Below, in pieces: positions 1 through 12,208 of a DNA stretch of 64,000 nucleotides. Source of the stretch: Falsiroseomonas sp. (GTDB taxonomy: Bacteria > Pseudomonadota > Alphaproteobacteria > Acetobacterales > Acetobacteraceae); NCBI RefSeq assembly GCF_051860665.1, contig NZ_JBHYDM010000017.1, positions 11,501 to 75,500 on the forward strand. Reading direction: 5' to 3'. Positions within the stretch are counted from its first letter, which is position 1, and the number at the start of each line of letters is the position of its first letter. The notes beneath the pieces are model-generated. The model was not told the origin of the DNA. It saw nothing but the letters and a program-made list of their open reading frames with translations, and did not search any database. A program made the translations under genes and the position numbers.

Positions 1-741
1 GGTGGCGACCAGGGTCGGCGTCTCCCGCGCCGTGCGGACCAGCCTGGCCGTGACGGGGATGCGCAGCCGCGCATCCGCCACCACGCGCGGCGCGGGCACC
101 GGCACGCCGCCGGGCAGGCGGCAGGTCAGGTCCGGGTCGTCGTCCAGCACGGTGCCCGATCCCACCAGGATGGCGTCGTGCCGGGCGCGCAGCGCATGGG
201 CGGCGCGGCGGGAGTCCGGGCCGGTGATCCAGCGGCTTTCCTTGCTGGAGGTCGCGATCCGGCCATCCAGGCTGGTCGCCAGCTTCAGCGTCACCAGGGG
301 CAGGCCCTGGCGCAGGCGCTTGATGAAGCCGGCATTGAGCCTTGCCGCCTCCTCCGCCAGCAACCCCTCCTCCACCGCGATCCCGGCCGCGCGCAGGCGG
401 GAAAAGCCCTCACCGTCCACGCGCGGATCCGGGTCCCGCAGCGCCACCACAACGCGAGAAATGCCGGCGGCGGTCAGGGCATCGGTGCAGGGGGGCGTGC
501 GGCCCCAGTGGCAGCAGGGCTCCAGCGTGACATAGGCGGTGGCGCCGCGGGCGGCGGTGCCGGCGCGCTTCAGCGCCTCCGTCTCCGCATGCGGGCGGCC
601 GCCGGGCTGGGTCCAGCCGCGGCCGACCACCTGGCCATCCGCCGCCACGATGACGCAGCCGACCGCCGGATTGGGCCAGGTATTGCCCAGGCCACGCGCC
701 GCCAGCGCGAGCGCGGCCCGCATATGGTCTTCATCCGCCAC
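1..741 (-). CDS. ribD: Riboflavin biosynthesis deaminase/reductase RibD (runs off window edge)
   Basis: Manual translation from GTG at 741: VADEDHMRAALALAARGLGNTWPNPAVGCV...HAETEAL...TLEPCCHWGRTPPC...KLATSLDGRIA; directly downstream of nrdR. Confidence 0.95.
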   Translation of the reverse strand, partial: MADEDHMRAALALAARGLGNTWPNPAVGCVIVAADGQVVGRGWTQPGGRPHAETEALKRAGTAARGATAYVTLEPCCHWGRTPPCTDALTAAGISRVVVALRDPDPRVDGEGFSRLRAAGIAVEEGLLAEEAARLNAGFIKRLRQGLPLVTLKLATSLDGRIATSSKESRWITGPDSRRAAHALRARHDAILVGSGTVLDDDPDLTCRLPGGVPVPAPRVVADARLRIPVTARLVRTARETPTLVAT

Positions 742-744
742 GGA

Positions 745-1197
745 TCAGGAGCCTTCGATATTCCCGAGGAAGGCGCGGAAATCCTTCGCCTCGCGGAAAT
801 TGCGGTAGACGCTGGCGAAGCGGACATAGGCCACCTCGTCCACATCCCGCAGGGTTTCCATCACCACCTCGCCGATGCGGCGGGAGGGCACCTCGCTATC
901 GGCCTCCACCTCCAGCCGGCGCTGGATGCCGTTGACGATGCGCTCGATGCGCTCCTCGTCGAAGGGGCGCTTGCGGAGCGCGACGCGGACGGAGCGGGCG
1001 AGCTTGTCCCGGTCGAAGGGCACGCGGCGGCCATCGGTCTTGATGACCAGCAGCTCGCGCAGTTGGACACGCTCGAAGGTGGTGAAGCGGTTGCCGCAGG
1101 CGGGGCAGGACCGGCGGCGGCGGATCGAGGCGCCGTCCTCGGCCGGGCGGCTGTCCTTCACCTGGGTGTCTTCGTGGCCGCAGAAGGGGCAGCGCAT
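745..1197 (-). CDS. nrdR: Transcriptional repressor NrdR
   Basis: MRCPFCG...DSR...[17 protein letters not shown] Zn ribbon, ATP-cone, YVRFASVY. Confidence 0.97.
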   Translation of the reverse strand: MRCPFCGHEDTQVKDSRPAEDGASIRRRRSCPACGNRFTTFERVQLRELLVIKTDGRRVPFDRDKLARSVRVALRKRPFDEERIERIVNGIQRRLEVEADSEVPSRRIGEVVMETLRDVDEVAYVRFASVYRNFREAKDFRAFLGNIEGS

Positions 1198-1230
1198 CGT
1201 CTCTAGACCCCCAGCCCCGCCGGAAGGGTT

Positions 1231-1355
1231 AAGCCCTCTCCCCCCACAGGGGGGGGAGGGTTGGGTGGGGGGGGCGCGCAGAAGAAGGAACGCGCGCCTG
1301 ATCCGCCGCAGCCCCCCCCACCCAACCCTCGCCCCCCGTTGGGGGGAGAGGGCTT
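1231..1355. repeat. REP-like palindromic doublet (two ~44-bp inverted units)
   Basis: AAGCCCTCTCCCCCCACAGGGGGGGGAGGGTTGGGTGGGGGGG (1231-1273) and a near-perfect inverted copy (1311-1355); each unit has an internal hairpin. Confidence 0.85.
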
Positions 1356-1390
1356 TCGGGACGTCGTGGGAAGGGGGCGGCGCATCCGTA

Positions 1391-2688
<1,298 letters not shown>

Positions 2689-2692
<4 letters not shown>

Positions 2693-3150
2693 GCGGGCTG
2701 GCTCCATCCGGGGCTGAGCTTCAGGACGCGGCGGTCATGCCGGCCGCCTTCATAGGGCGTGGTGAGGAAGACGTTCAGCGCATCCAGCGCCACCTCGGCG
2801 CCGATCATGCGGGCGCCCAGCGCCAGCACATTGGCATCGTTGTGCTGGCGCGTCAGGCGGGCGCCGGTCGCGTCATGCACCAGGGCGCAGCGGATGCCGG
2901 CATGGCGATTGGCGGCGATCGAGATGCCGATGCCGGTGCCGCAGACCAGCACGCCGAAGCGGGCGGTGCCTTCCAGCACCGCGCCGGCGACGGCGGCGGC
3001 GAAATCCGGGTAGTCCACGCTTTCCGGCCCATGCGTGCCGAAATCCAGCACCGGATGGCCGGCGGCTTCCAGCGCCGCGCGCAGCGTCGCCTTCAGGCCG
3101 ATGCCGGCATGGTCCGAACCGAGGGCGATGGGCGTGGCGGCGGGGGTCAT
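2689..3150 (-). CDS. rpiB: Ribose-5-phosphate isomerase B
   Basis: [42 protein letters not shown]. Confidence 0.96.
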
Positions 3151-3157
3151 GCCGAGC

Positions 3158-3186
3158 CTGTTACCACTTCCGGTGGCCGCCAGGAA
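3158..3186 (-). promoter_or_regulatory. Putative sigma70-type promoter of leaderless rpiB-glyA-nrdR-ribD mRNA
   Basis: TTCCTG-N17-TAACAG, 7 nt before the rpiB ATG; no SD. Confidence 0.4.
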
Positions 3187-3386
3187 CCACTGCCGCCATA
3201 TCTTGCGCCGCAATGCCGCCCTCGGCATGCCGCATGGCAAAGCCTGCCGCCGCTGCCGTGCAACAGGAGAAACACGCGCTGCGGCAGAGGCGAAACAAGG
3301 GTGCAATCCCTCCGCCTTGCCTCCGCCCCCCCGGACGTGGAACGGATGCGCCCAAGGCAAAGGCCTGGGGACAGGAGAGACAGAAC

Positions 3387-4678
3387 ATGGCGTCGTCCGA
3401 GAATCCGGAGACCATCGCACTGCATGCCGGCTGGCGGGCGGATCCGACCACCGGCTCCGTCGCGGTGCCGATCCACCAGACCACCAGCTTCCAGTTCCAG
3501 GACACCGGCCACGCCGCCCGCCTCTTCGGCCTGGCCGAGATGGGCAATATCTATACCCGCATCATGAACCCCACCGTGGACGTGCTGGAAAAGCGCGTGG
3601 CGGCCCTGGAGGGTGGCGTGGCGGGGCTGGCGCTGGGCTCCGGCCAGGCGGCGACCACCTTCTGCGTGCTGAACCTGTGCGAGGCGGGGGACAATATCGT
3701 CTCCTCCACCGATCTCTATGGCGGCACCTGGAACCTCTTTGCCAATACGCTGAAATCCTTCGGCATCGAGGTCCGCTTCGTCGATCCGGCCGACCCCGAG
3801 GCCTTCGTCCGCGCGACCGACGACCGCACCCGCTGCTGGTATGCGGAGACGCTGCCGAACCCGAAATTGCAGGTCTTCCCCATCGCGGAAGTGGCGGCAC
3901 TGGGCCGCAAGCTCGGCGTGCCGCTGATCATGGACAACACGGCGGCGCCCATCCTGTGCAAGCCGCTGGCGCTGGGCGCGGCGGTGGTCATGCATTCCAC
4001 CACCAAGTGGATCGGCGGCCATGGCACCAGCATCGGCGGCATGGTGGTGGATGGCGGCAATTTCGACTGGGAGGGGAATGCAGCGCGCTTCCCCACCCTG
4101 AACAAGCCGGACCCCAGCTATCACGGCGCGGTCTGGACCCAGGCGGTGAAGCCGCTCGGGCCGATCGCCTATATCATCCGCATGCGGGTGATCCTGCTGC
4201 GCGACCTCGGCGCGCCGATGGCCCCGATGAACGCCTTTCTGACATTGCAGGGGCTGGAGACGCTGCCGCTGCGGATGGAGCGGCATTGTGCCAATGCCAT
4301 CAAGGTGGCGGCCCACCTGGCCGCGCATCCCGCGGTGGCCAGCGTGACGCATCCCAGCCTGATTACCGGCGAAGCCAAGCGCCGGGCGGATGCCGCGCTG
4401 AAGGGTGGTTATGGCAGCCTGATGGGCTTCGAGCTGAAGGCGGGCGCCGAGGCCGGAAAGAAATTCATCGAGGCGCTGAAAATGTTCTACCACGTCGCGA
4501 ATATCGGGGATGCGCGGTCGCTCGCCATCCATCCGGCCACCACCACGCATAGCCAGCTCTCGGCGGAGGAGCAGAAGGCCTCCGGCGTCAGCCCCGGCTA
4601 TGTGCGCCTGTCCATCGGCATCGAGCATATCGACGACATCCTGGCCGACCTCGACCAGGCGCTGGCGGCCGCCGCGGC

Positions 4679-4682
<4 letters not shown>
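3387..4682 (+). CDS. metY: O-acetylhomoserine aminocarboxypropyltransferase/sulfhydrylase
   Basis: IYTRIMNPT, YGGTWNLF, HSTTKWIGGHG (PLP Lys), ANIGDARSL, HPATTTHSQL; SD AGGAG upstream of ATG 3387. Confidence 0.92.
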
Positions 4683-5679
<997 letters not shown>

Positions 5680-5683
<4 letters not shown>

Positions 5684-5961
5684 GCGAACTGGCGGAGATC
5701 CGGGCCCAGCGGGCGGAGGTGGAGGCGCTGCTCGCCTTCCGGCACGCGGCGCCGGGGCCGGAGAAGGCGCTTGCCTGGTGGCGGCTGCACCGGGCGCGGG
5801 GGGCGCGGCCGGGCACGGCCAGGCTGCCACCCCTGCCCGCCCCGCCGCCCGGCAGCTTCTCCGCCCTACAGTCGCTGGCGCTGCGACTGGGCTTGCTCCG
5901 CATCGAGTCGGCCAGGCCGCCGCGCCATATCCGCCGGGCGATGCGGCCGCGGCAGGGCTGA
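5680..5961 (+). CDS. Hypothetical protein (93 aa)
   Basis: GTG start overlaps hemB stop (GTGA); fills gap to convergent gene; no family recognised. Confidence 0.55.
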
Positions 5962-5964
5962 CGC

Positions 5965-6951
5965 CTACTCCACCTGCATCCGCAGCTCGCGCACCAGCGG
6001 GCGCACGGCGGCGATCTGCTCGTGCACCGCGGCGCCGAATTCGGCCGCGCTATTGCCGCCCGGTTCCGCGCCCAGCTCCGCGATGCGCGAGGCCAGCTGC
6101 GGATAGCGGGCCGCGGCGGCGATCTCCGCATTCAGCCGCGCCAGCACGGGCTCCGGCGTCCGCGCCGGGGCAAAGAAGCCGTTCCAGCCCAGCATCTCGG
6201 CGCTGGCAAAACCCTGTTCGCGCACCGTGGGCACATCCGGCAGGGCGCGCGCCCGGCTCGCCGCCAGGGTGGCGATGGGCTTCAGCGCGCCGCTGCGCAC
6301 ATGCTGCAGGGAGGAGGAGAGCTGGTCCCCGCCAAAGGCGATGCGGCCGGCCAGCATCTCCTGCACCAGGGGCGCGGCGCCGCGGAAGGGCACGTGCTCC
6401 ATCTGGAAGCCGCCGTCGCGCTTCACCACCTCCCCGATCAGATTCATCGTGCTGCCGGGGCCGGTCGAGCCATAGAAGGGCGGCGTGGGCTGCGCCTTCG
6501 CCCAGGCGACGAACTCCGCCAGGTTGCGCGCCGGCACCTGCGCGCCCACCAGCAGCAGCATCGGCACATTGGCGCCCAGGCTGATGGGGGCGAAGTCGCG
6601 CTCCAGCACATGCGGCGCGCGGCCGACGAATTCCAGCGCGGCGGTGGTGGTGGAGAAGGTGAGGTTGTGGAACAGCAGGGTCTGCCCATCCGGCGCCGCC
6701 TTGGCCACCACATCCGCGCCGATGGAGCCGCCGCCGCCGCCGCGATTCTCCACCACCACGGAAACGCCCAGCGTCTCCGTCAGCCGCTGCGCATAGAGCC
6801 GCGCCAGGATGTCCGTGGTGCCGCCCGCCGGGAAGGGCACGATGATCCGGACCGGGCCGCTGGGCTGCCAGGCCGGGGCCTGGCCCTGGGCCAGGCTGGC
6901 GGCCACAAAGGGCGATCCAAGGGCGGCCAGCATCAGGTTTCGGCGCTGCAT
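5965..6951 (-). CDS. Bug/TctC tripartite tricarboxylate transporter substrate-binding protein
   Basis: MQRRNL Tat-like leader, IIVPFPAGGTTDILAR, VENRGGGGGSIG, HVPFRG, LPDVPT; GGAGG SD before ATG 6951. Confidence 0.92.
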   Translation of the reverse strand: MQRRNLMLAALGSPFVAASLAQGQAPAWQPSGPVRIIVPFPAGGTTDILARLYAQRLTETLGVSVVVENRGGGGGSIGADVVAKAAPDGQTLLFHNLTFSTTTAALEFVGRAPHVLERDFAPISLGANVPMLLLVGAQVPARNLAEFVAWAKAQPTPPFYGSTGPGSTMNLIGEVVKRDGGFQMEHVPFRGAAPLVQEMLAGRIAFGGDQLSSSLQHVRSGALKPIATLAASRARALPDVPTVREQGFASAEMLGWNGFFAPARTPEPVLARLNAEIAAAARYPQLASRIAELGAEPGGNSAAEFGAAVHEQIAAVRPLVRELRMQVE

Positions 6952-7051
6952 GACGCTGTTTTCCTCCCGCTTCGCCCCTTTGGCGGGGCGTTTGCCCGGC
7001 AAGGCTAGTGAAGCGAAGGCCGCGGCGTCAATCATCCATGCCAACGATCTC

Positions 7052-7897
7052 TCAGCCCAGGAAGGCGAGGATCCGCGCCACCTGGTCCGGCGCCATCAAG
7101 GCGGGCGCATGGCCAATGCCCGGCAGCGTGGCGAGTTCCACCCCCGGCCGCTGCGCCATGGCGGCGGCGGTCGATTCCTCCAGCACGTCGCTTTCCGCGC
7201 CGCGCAGGATCAGCACCGGCTGGCGCACCGCCTGCCAGACCGGGCGCAGGTCGATCGGCCCGATCCCTTTCCCCTCCTGGGCCTCGGCCAGCGGCACGGC
7301 GATGGCCGGGTCGTGATGCAAGGCGAGTCGTCCATCGGCCCGCATGCGCGTGCTGGTCTCGGCCATGTGCCGCCATTGGGCGTCGTTCAGCCGGCCGAAG
7401 GGGGCATGGACCTTGCGCAGATAGGCCTCGAACCCGGCCAGGTCGGCCTGCGCCGGCGCCTCCGCCAGATAGGCGGTGATGCGCCGCAGGGCCGCGGCGG
7501 GCACCAGGCTGCCGACATCGTTCAGCACCAGGCGGCGGATCGGCGTGCCGGGGGCGGCGGCCAGCAGCATGCCGCAGATGCCGCCCAGCGAGGTGCCGAC
7601 CCAGTCCACCGGCCCCTCCAGCCGCGCCAGCAGATGCGCCAGCGCCACCACATAGGCGGGCGGCGCATAGGCGCGCGGGTCGGGCAGCCAGTCGGAGTCG
7701 CCGCGCCCCGGCAGATCCGGGCAGAAGACCCGCCGGCCCTGCCCGGCCAGCGCCTGGGCCAGCACGTCGAAATCCCGCCCATTGCGGGTCAGGCCATGGA
7801 CGCAAACCACCGGCGCGCCCTCCGCCGGTCCCCATTCCGTCCAGGCCAGCTGGTGGAAGGCCGCACCCATAAGGTAGTGCAGCCTTCCCGCCCGCAT
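7052..7897 (-). CDS. Alpha/beta hydrolase
   Basis: CVHGLTRNGRDFD, DLPGRGDSDW, GTSLGG nucleophile, LNDVG, GHAPAL. Confidence 0.9.
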   Translation of the reverse strand: MRAGRLHYLMGAAFHQLAWTEWGPAEGAPVVCVHGLTRNGRDFDVLAQALAGQGRRVFCPDLPGRGDSDWLPDPRAYAPPAYVVALAHLLARLEGPVDWVGTSLGGICGMLLAAAPGTPIRRLVLNDVGSLVPAAALRRITAYLAEAPAQADLAGFEAYLRKVHAPFGRLNDAQWRHMAETSTRMRADGRLALHHDPAIAVPLAEAQEGKGIGPIDLRPVWQAVRQPVLILRGAESDVLEESTAAAMAQRPGVELATLPGIGHAPALMAPDQVARILAFLG

Positions 7898-7898
7898 C

Positions 7899-9107
7899 TC
7901 AGACCACACCCTTGGCGCGCAGCGCGGCGATTTCCGCCTCGCCCAGGCCGAGCAGGCCGGAGAGCACCTCCTCCGAATGCTCGCCGAGCTGCGGCGGCGG
8001 CACGCGGTAGTCGGCCGGGGTGGAGGACAGGCGCACCGGATTGGCGATGACCTCCACCGTGGCGCCGGAGGCATGCGGCATCTCGACCACCACCTTGCGG
8101 GCCTGCACATGCGGGTCCGCAAACACCTTTTCCAATGTATTGATCGGGCCGCAGCCGATCTTGGCCGTCTCCAGCGCCGCGACCCATTCGTCCGTGGTGC
8201 GGGACTGCATCACGGGCGTCAGCGTCTCCGTCACGAACTGGCGGTTGGCGACGCGCGCCGCATTGGTCGCGAAGCGCTCGTCGCCCAGCAGCGCCTGCTG
8301 GCCCGTCACCTCGCAGAACCGCACGAAGGTGGGGTCATTGCCGACGGAGAGCACGATATGCCCGTCCTTCGTCGGAAAGACCTGGTAGGGCACGATATTC
8401 GGGTGCTGGTTGCCCAGCCGCGGCGGATTCTCCTTGGTCGCCAGGTAGTTCATGCCCTGGTTCGCCAGCCAGGCCACGCTGGTGTCCAGCATGCCGATAT
8501 CCACCTGCTGGCCCTGGCCGGTGCGTTCCCGGTGGCGCAGCGCCGCCAGGATGCCGATGCAGCCATAGAGGCCGGCGAAGAGGTCCGCCACCGGCACGCC
8601 CACCTTCTGCGGCAGCCCATCCGGCTCCCCGGTCAGGGACATGACGCCGCCCATGGCCTGGATCAGCGAGTCATAGCCCGGGCGTGGCGCATAGGGGCCG
8701 GTCTGGCCGAAGCCGGTGATGGAGCAGTAGATCAGCCCGGGAAATTTCTGGGCCAGCTGCTCGAAGCCGAGACCATACTTGGCCAGGGCGCCGACCTTGA
8801 AGTTCTCCACCAGGATGTCGCAGCCATCCAGCAGCTGCATCACGATCGCCTGGCCCTCCGGCTTGGCGATATCCAGCGTCAGCGACTTCTTGTTGCGGTT
8901 GACCCCCAGGAAATAGGCGCTTTCCTCCGTCTCCGGCCAGACCGGCGGGGCGAAGCCGCGGGTATCGTCGCCGGAGCCCGGCTTCTCGATCTTGATGACC
9001 TCGGCACCCAGGTCCCCCAGCATCTGCGTGCAGGTGGGGCCCGCCAGGACGCGCGTGAGGTCCAGAACCCTGAGGCCGCGCAAGGGTCCGCTCGGCGCCT
9101 TCTCCAT
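7899..9107 (-). CDS. CaiB/BaiF class III CoA-transferase
   Basis: LRVLDLTRVLAGP, LGDLGAEVIKIE, NRNKKS, ENFKVG, YCSITGFGQTGP, GYD. Confidence 0.95.
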   Translation of the reverse strand: MEKAPSGPLRGLRVLDLTRVLAGPTCTQMLGDLGAEVIKIEKPGSGDDTRGFAPPVWPETEESAYFLGVNRNKKSLTLDIAKPEGQAIVMQLLDGCDILVENFKVGALAKYGLGFEQLAQKFPGLIYCSITGFGQTGPYAPRPGYDSLIQAMGGVMSLTGEPDGLPQKVGVPVADLFAGLYGCIGILAALRHRERTGQGQQVDIGMLDTSVAWLANQGMNYLATKENPPRLGNQHPNIVPYQVFPTKDGHIVLSVGNDPTFVRFCEVTGQQALLGDERFATNAARVANRQFVTETLTPVMQSRTTDEWVAALETAKIGCGPINTLEKVFADPHVQARKVVVEMPHASGATVEVIANPVRLSSTPADYRVPPPQLGEHSEEVLSGLLGLGEAEIAALRAKGVV

Positions 9108-9254
9108 GGTCAATCCAGTCCCTTCCCAATCTGTGGCCGAGCCGGGCATTCCCCGGGGCATTGCCGCCCGGCGCCCGGCACCGCATCCTGCGGCCATCGG
9201 GCGCCAAGACTATGGCGGCCGCTTATAGTGCCGTGTTCCCGCGGGAGGAAACCC

Positions 9255-10766
9255 ATGCTCGACCTGCCCCACAAGACGCCCGAGGCGCCGACCACCGACC
9301 CCTTCGCCCTGGCGCGCGCGCTGTCCGGCGTGCATCTGATCGGCGGGCGCTATGTGCCGGCGCGCTCCGGCAGGACCTTTGCGGTGGTGAATCCCGCCAC
9401 CGGGGAACAGGTGGCGGAGGCCGCGGAAGGCGATGCGGCGGATGTGGACGCCGCCGTGCAGGACGCCGCAAAGGCCCAGAAGGCCTGGGCCAAGGTCCCG
9501 GCCCGCAAGCGCGGCGCCCTGGTGCATGCCTGTGCAGCGGCCATCCGCGCCCATGTCGATGAGCTGGGCCTGCTGATCGCGCTCGAGACCGGCAAGGCGC
9601 TGCGCACGGAATCCCGCGTCGAGGCCAATGTGGTGGCCGATGTCTTCGAATTCTTCGGCGGCCTCGGCGGCGAGCTGAAGGGGGAAAGCGTGCCCTTCGC
9701 CCCCGATGTGCTCTCCGTGACGGTGCGGGAGCCGCTGGGCGTGGTCGGCGCCATCATCCCCTGGAACGTGCCGATGCTGCTGATGGCGCTGAAGGTCGCG
9801 CCCGCTTTGGTCGCCGGCAATGCGGTGGTGGTGAAGTCGGCCGAGGAGGCGCCGCTCGCCGTGCTGCGGATCTGCGAGATCATGAACCGCATCCTGCCGC
9901 CCGGCGTCTTCAACATGGTCTCCGGCATGGGCCCGGAATGCGGCGCGCCGCTGGTCGCCCATCCGCTGGTGAAGAAGGTGACCTTCACCGGCTCCGTCGA
10001 GACCGGGAAGATCGTGGCCCGCGCAGCGGCCGAGAAGCTGATCCCGGTCACGCTGGAGCTCGGCGGCAAGTCGCCGATGATCGTCTTCGCGGATTGCAAT
10101 TTCGAGAAAACGGTCGCCGGCGCGCTGACCTCCATGCGCTTCACGCGCCAGGGCCAGTCCTGCACCGCGGCCAGCCGCATCTATGTCGAGCGCCCGATCT
10201 TCGACCGCTTCGTGGCGGAGATGAAGCAGGCGGTGGACAGGATGGTCATGGGCGACCCGCTGGACGAGAAGACGGACATCGGCACCATCGTCAGCCAGGG
10301 TCAGCTGGAAAAGGTGAAGGCCTTCATCGAAGAGGGCAAAAAGACGCCCGGCGCCACCGCCCATGTCTGCTCCGCCATGCCGACCGACCCGGCGCTGAAG
10401 AAGGGGCTCTTCGTGCAGCCCGTCATCTTCACCGGCCTCGATGGCAGCTCCCGCCTGGTGCGGGAGGAGATTTTTGGGCCGGTCACCGTGATCCAGCCCT
10501 TCGACGATGCGGAAGCGGTGCTGGCCGAGGCGAATGACAGCGAATACGGCCTGGCGGCCTCGCTCTGGACCAACAACCTGAAGATCGGCCTGGACCTGGC
10601 GCATCGGCTGGAGGCGGGGCTGGTGCAGATCAACCAGAACCTCGTGGTGCAGGCGAACCTGTCCTATGGCGGCGTGAAGTCCTCCGGCCTCGGCAAGGAA
10701 GCCTCGCTGGAATCGATGCTGGAGCACTTCACCCACAAGAAGACCATCATGGTGAACATGGGCTGA
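9255..10766 (+). CDS. NAD(P)-dependent aldehyde dehydrogenase
   Basis: IIPWNVP, FTGSVETG, LELGGKSP, QGQSCTA, EEIFGPV; SD GGGAGG before ATG 9255. Confidence 0.95.
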   Translation: MLDLPHKTPEAPTTDPFALARALSGVHLIGGRYVPARSGRTFAVVNPATGEQVAEAAEGDAADVDAAVQDAAKAQKAWAKVPARKRGALVHACAAAIRAHVDELGLLIALETGKALRTESRVEANVVADVFEFFGGLGGELKGESVPFAPDVLSVTVREPLGVVGAIIPWNVPMLLMALKVAPALVAGNAVVVKSAEEAPLAVLRICEIMNRILPPGVFNMVSGMGPECGAPLVAHPLVKKVTFTGSVETGKIVARAAAEKLIPVTLELGGKSPMIVFADCNFEKTVAGALTSMRFTRQGQSCTAASRIYVERPIFDRFVAEMKQAVDRMVMGDPLDEKTDIGTIVSQGQLEKVKAFIEEGKKTPGATAHVCSAMPTDPALKKGLFVQPVIFTGLDGSSRLVREEIFGPVTVIQPFDDAEAVLAEANDSEYGLAASLWTNNLKIGLDLAHRLEAGLVQINQNLVVQANLSYGGVKSSGLGKEASLESMLEHFTHKKTIMVNMG

Positions 10767-10785
10767 GGCCGCGCCGCCTGGCGGG

Positions 10786-11175
10786 CTACCGCGTGCAATA
10801 GGGGTGAAAGGACGTGCCCCGCATCGTGACGGTGGTGGCCACCACCGGGAAGAGCGAAATGTGGCAGGCATGGACGATATTGAAGCCCGTGTCGGAATAG
10901 GCGGAGACACGGACGCCGACGGCACCGGCCGGTGCCGTGACGCAATGCCGCTGCCCCAGCAGGAAGTTGCTGCGCGTGATCAGCTTGATGACGGGCAGCC
11001 CGGAGCGCTGAAAGGCATCGATATCGATGCTGCCGACATAGCCGCCGCGGTGATCGACACAGATCTCGATCGGGCGATCGCTGGGCTGCGCCAGAGCCGG
11101 GCCGCTGGCGGCAAGCAGGGCCGCCAGCGCGGCGATGCGGCCGGCGCCGCGCCAGGAGGATGCGTCGCCTGGCAT
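10786..11175 (-). CDS. Secreted 4-Cys protein, CDC domain-4-like paralog D (start uncertain; 11232 possible)
   Basis: Signal peptide ending ALA-Q; ICVDHRGGYV...RHCVTAPAGA...DTGF..HACHI...TVTMRGTSFHPYCTR; paralogous to three upstream ORFs. Confidence 0.8.
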   Translation of the reverse strand: MPGDASSWRGAGRIAALAALLAASGPALAQPSDRPIEICVDHRGGYVGSIDIDAFQRSGLPVIKLITRSNFLLGQRHCVTAPAGAVGVRVSAYSDTGFNIVHACHISLFPVVATTVTMRGTSFHPYCTR

Positions 11176-11382
11176 CACCTCCGCCCCATGCGTCACGGAA
11201 CCCGGCCCGCGCGGCGTCTGTCGATTTGGCATGTTCGATCTGGACCTTCTTGCAATGCTGCGCTTCGGCGCGAGGTGACGCGGTTTCGGCCGGGCCGCTG
11301 TGGGGCCGGGTCCATCCCTGAACTGGCCGCTACGGGACCATGGACGGCGTGGCGTTCACGCGGGCAGGCGTGATGAAATCCG

Positions 11383-11769
11383 TCAGCGGCTGCAATGGGC
11401 CTGCAGCGAGGTCCCGCCCATGGTGATGGTGGTGGGCACCACGGGCCGGATGGTCAGCTGGCAGGCCTCCCGCCCGCCGACGACGGAGAGCACCACCCGC
11501 ACCTCCCAGGTGCCGGCCGGCGCCGTGCCGCATCGTTGCTGCCCCACGGGCACGGAACTGTCGCTGAGGATGGCCTGGGTGTGCAGCCCGCCCCCTTCGA
11601 TATAGTAGCGCGCAGTGATCAGCATATTGGCGACATAGGCGCCGCGCTGCTGGATGCAGATCCGCACCGGCGTGCCGTTCACCTCCTGCGCCACAGCCGG
11701 CGGCGCGGAGGCGGCCAGGGGCGCGAGCAAGGCAGGCAGCATCAGGCAGCGCATCAGGTGGCGGGGCAT
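11383..11769 (-). CDS. Secreted 4-Cys protein, CDC domain-4-like paralog C
   Basis: SD AGGAG; signal AVA-Q; ICIQQRGAYVA...QRCGTAPAG...EACQLTI...TITMGGTSLQAHCSR. Confidence 0.85.
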   Translation of the reverse strand: MPRHLMRCLMLPALLAPLAASAPPAVAQEVNGTPVRICIQQRGAYVANMLITARYYIEGGGLHTQAILSDSSVPVGQQRCGTAPAGTWEVRVVLSVVGGREACQLTIRPVVPTTITMGGTSLQAHCSR

Positions 11770-11811
11770 GCGGCGTCTCCTGTTCTTGGGGGGAATCGGG
11801 TTGCTTCGCGC

Positions 11812-12189
11812 CTATTGCGTGCAGTGATGCTGCAGCGTGGTGCCATGCGCGGTGACGGTGATGGCGCGCACCGGCTGCACCCGCACCCGGCAGGCCTCCA
11901 CGAAGTCGGACCCGTTGAAGACCCGCACCAGGATCTCGACCTGGGTGGTGCCCTCCGGCGCATTCACGCAGAGCCCCTGCATCACCGGGATGCCCGCCTG
12001 CAGCCCGAGGGTGCGCGCCTCCGGCCGCCCCGAGGCGCCCGGCACCATGCCTCGGATCTGCGTGCTGATGACGAAGCCGCCGCGGTTCTGGACGCAGAGG
12101 CGATGCTCCTGCGCCGCAGCCTCGCCTGGCAGGGCGCCGGCCAGCAGCAGGGCCAGGGCCGCGGGGAGGACGGCAGGGTGACGCGGCAT
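11812..12189 (-). CDS. Secreted 4-Cys protein, CDC domain-4-like paralog B
   Basis: SD GAGGAG; signal AAA-Q; LCVQNRGGFV...GLCVNAPEG...EACRVRV...TVTAHGTTLQHHCTQ. Confidence 0.85.
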   Translation of the reverse strand: MPRHPAVLPAALALLLAGALPGEAAAQEHRLCVQNRGGFVISTQIRGMVPGASGRPEARTLGLQAGIPVMQGLCVNAPEGTTQVEILVRVFNGSDFVEACRVRVQPVRAITVTAHGTTLQHHCTQ

Positions 12190-12208
12190 GAAGCTCTCCT
12201 CTCGCATC

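Noticed and set aside
3148-3229. 9-bp inverted repeat CATGCCGAG/CTCGGCATG with a CAGGCTCGG string, reminiscent of an SAH riboswitch before rpiB-glyA
   Set aside because: The GAGCGCUGC core is missing, and the same bases fit a promoter placing the TSS at the rpiB ATG, so the 5' arm would not be transcribed. A 9-bp IR is not rare at this GC.
3035-4552. Cys-containing overlapping ORF upstream of metY as a possible leader peptide
   Set aside because: No stop before metY (it runs to 4552), no SD, and TGC codons are common in off-frames of GC-rich DNA.
7977-9254. Apparent 929-aa ALDH fusion
   Set aside because: The N-terminal part is antisense to the CoA-transferase; the real start with SD is at 9255.
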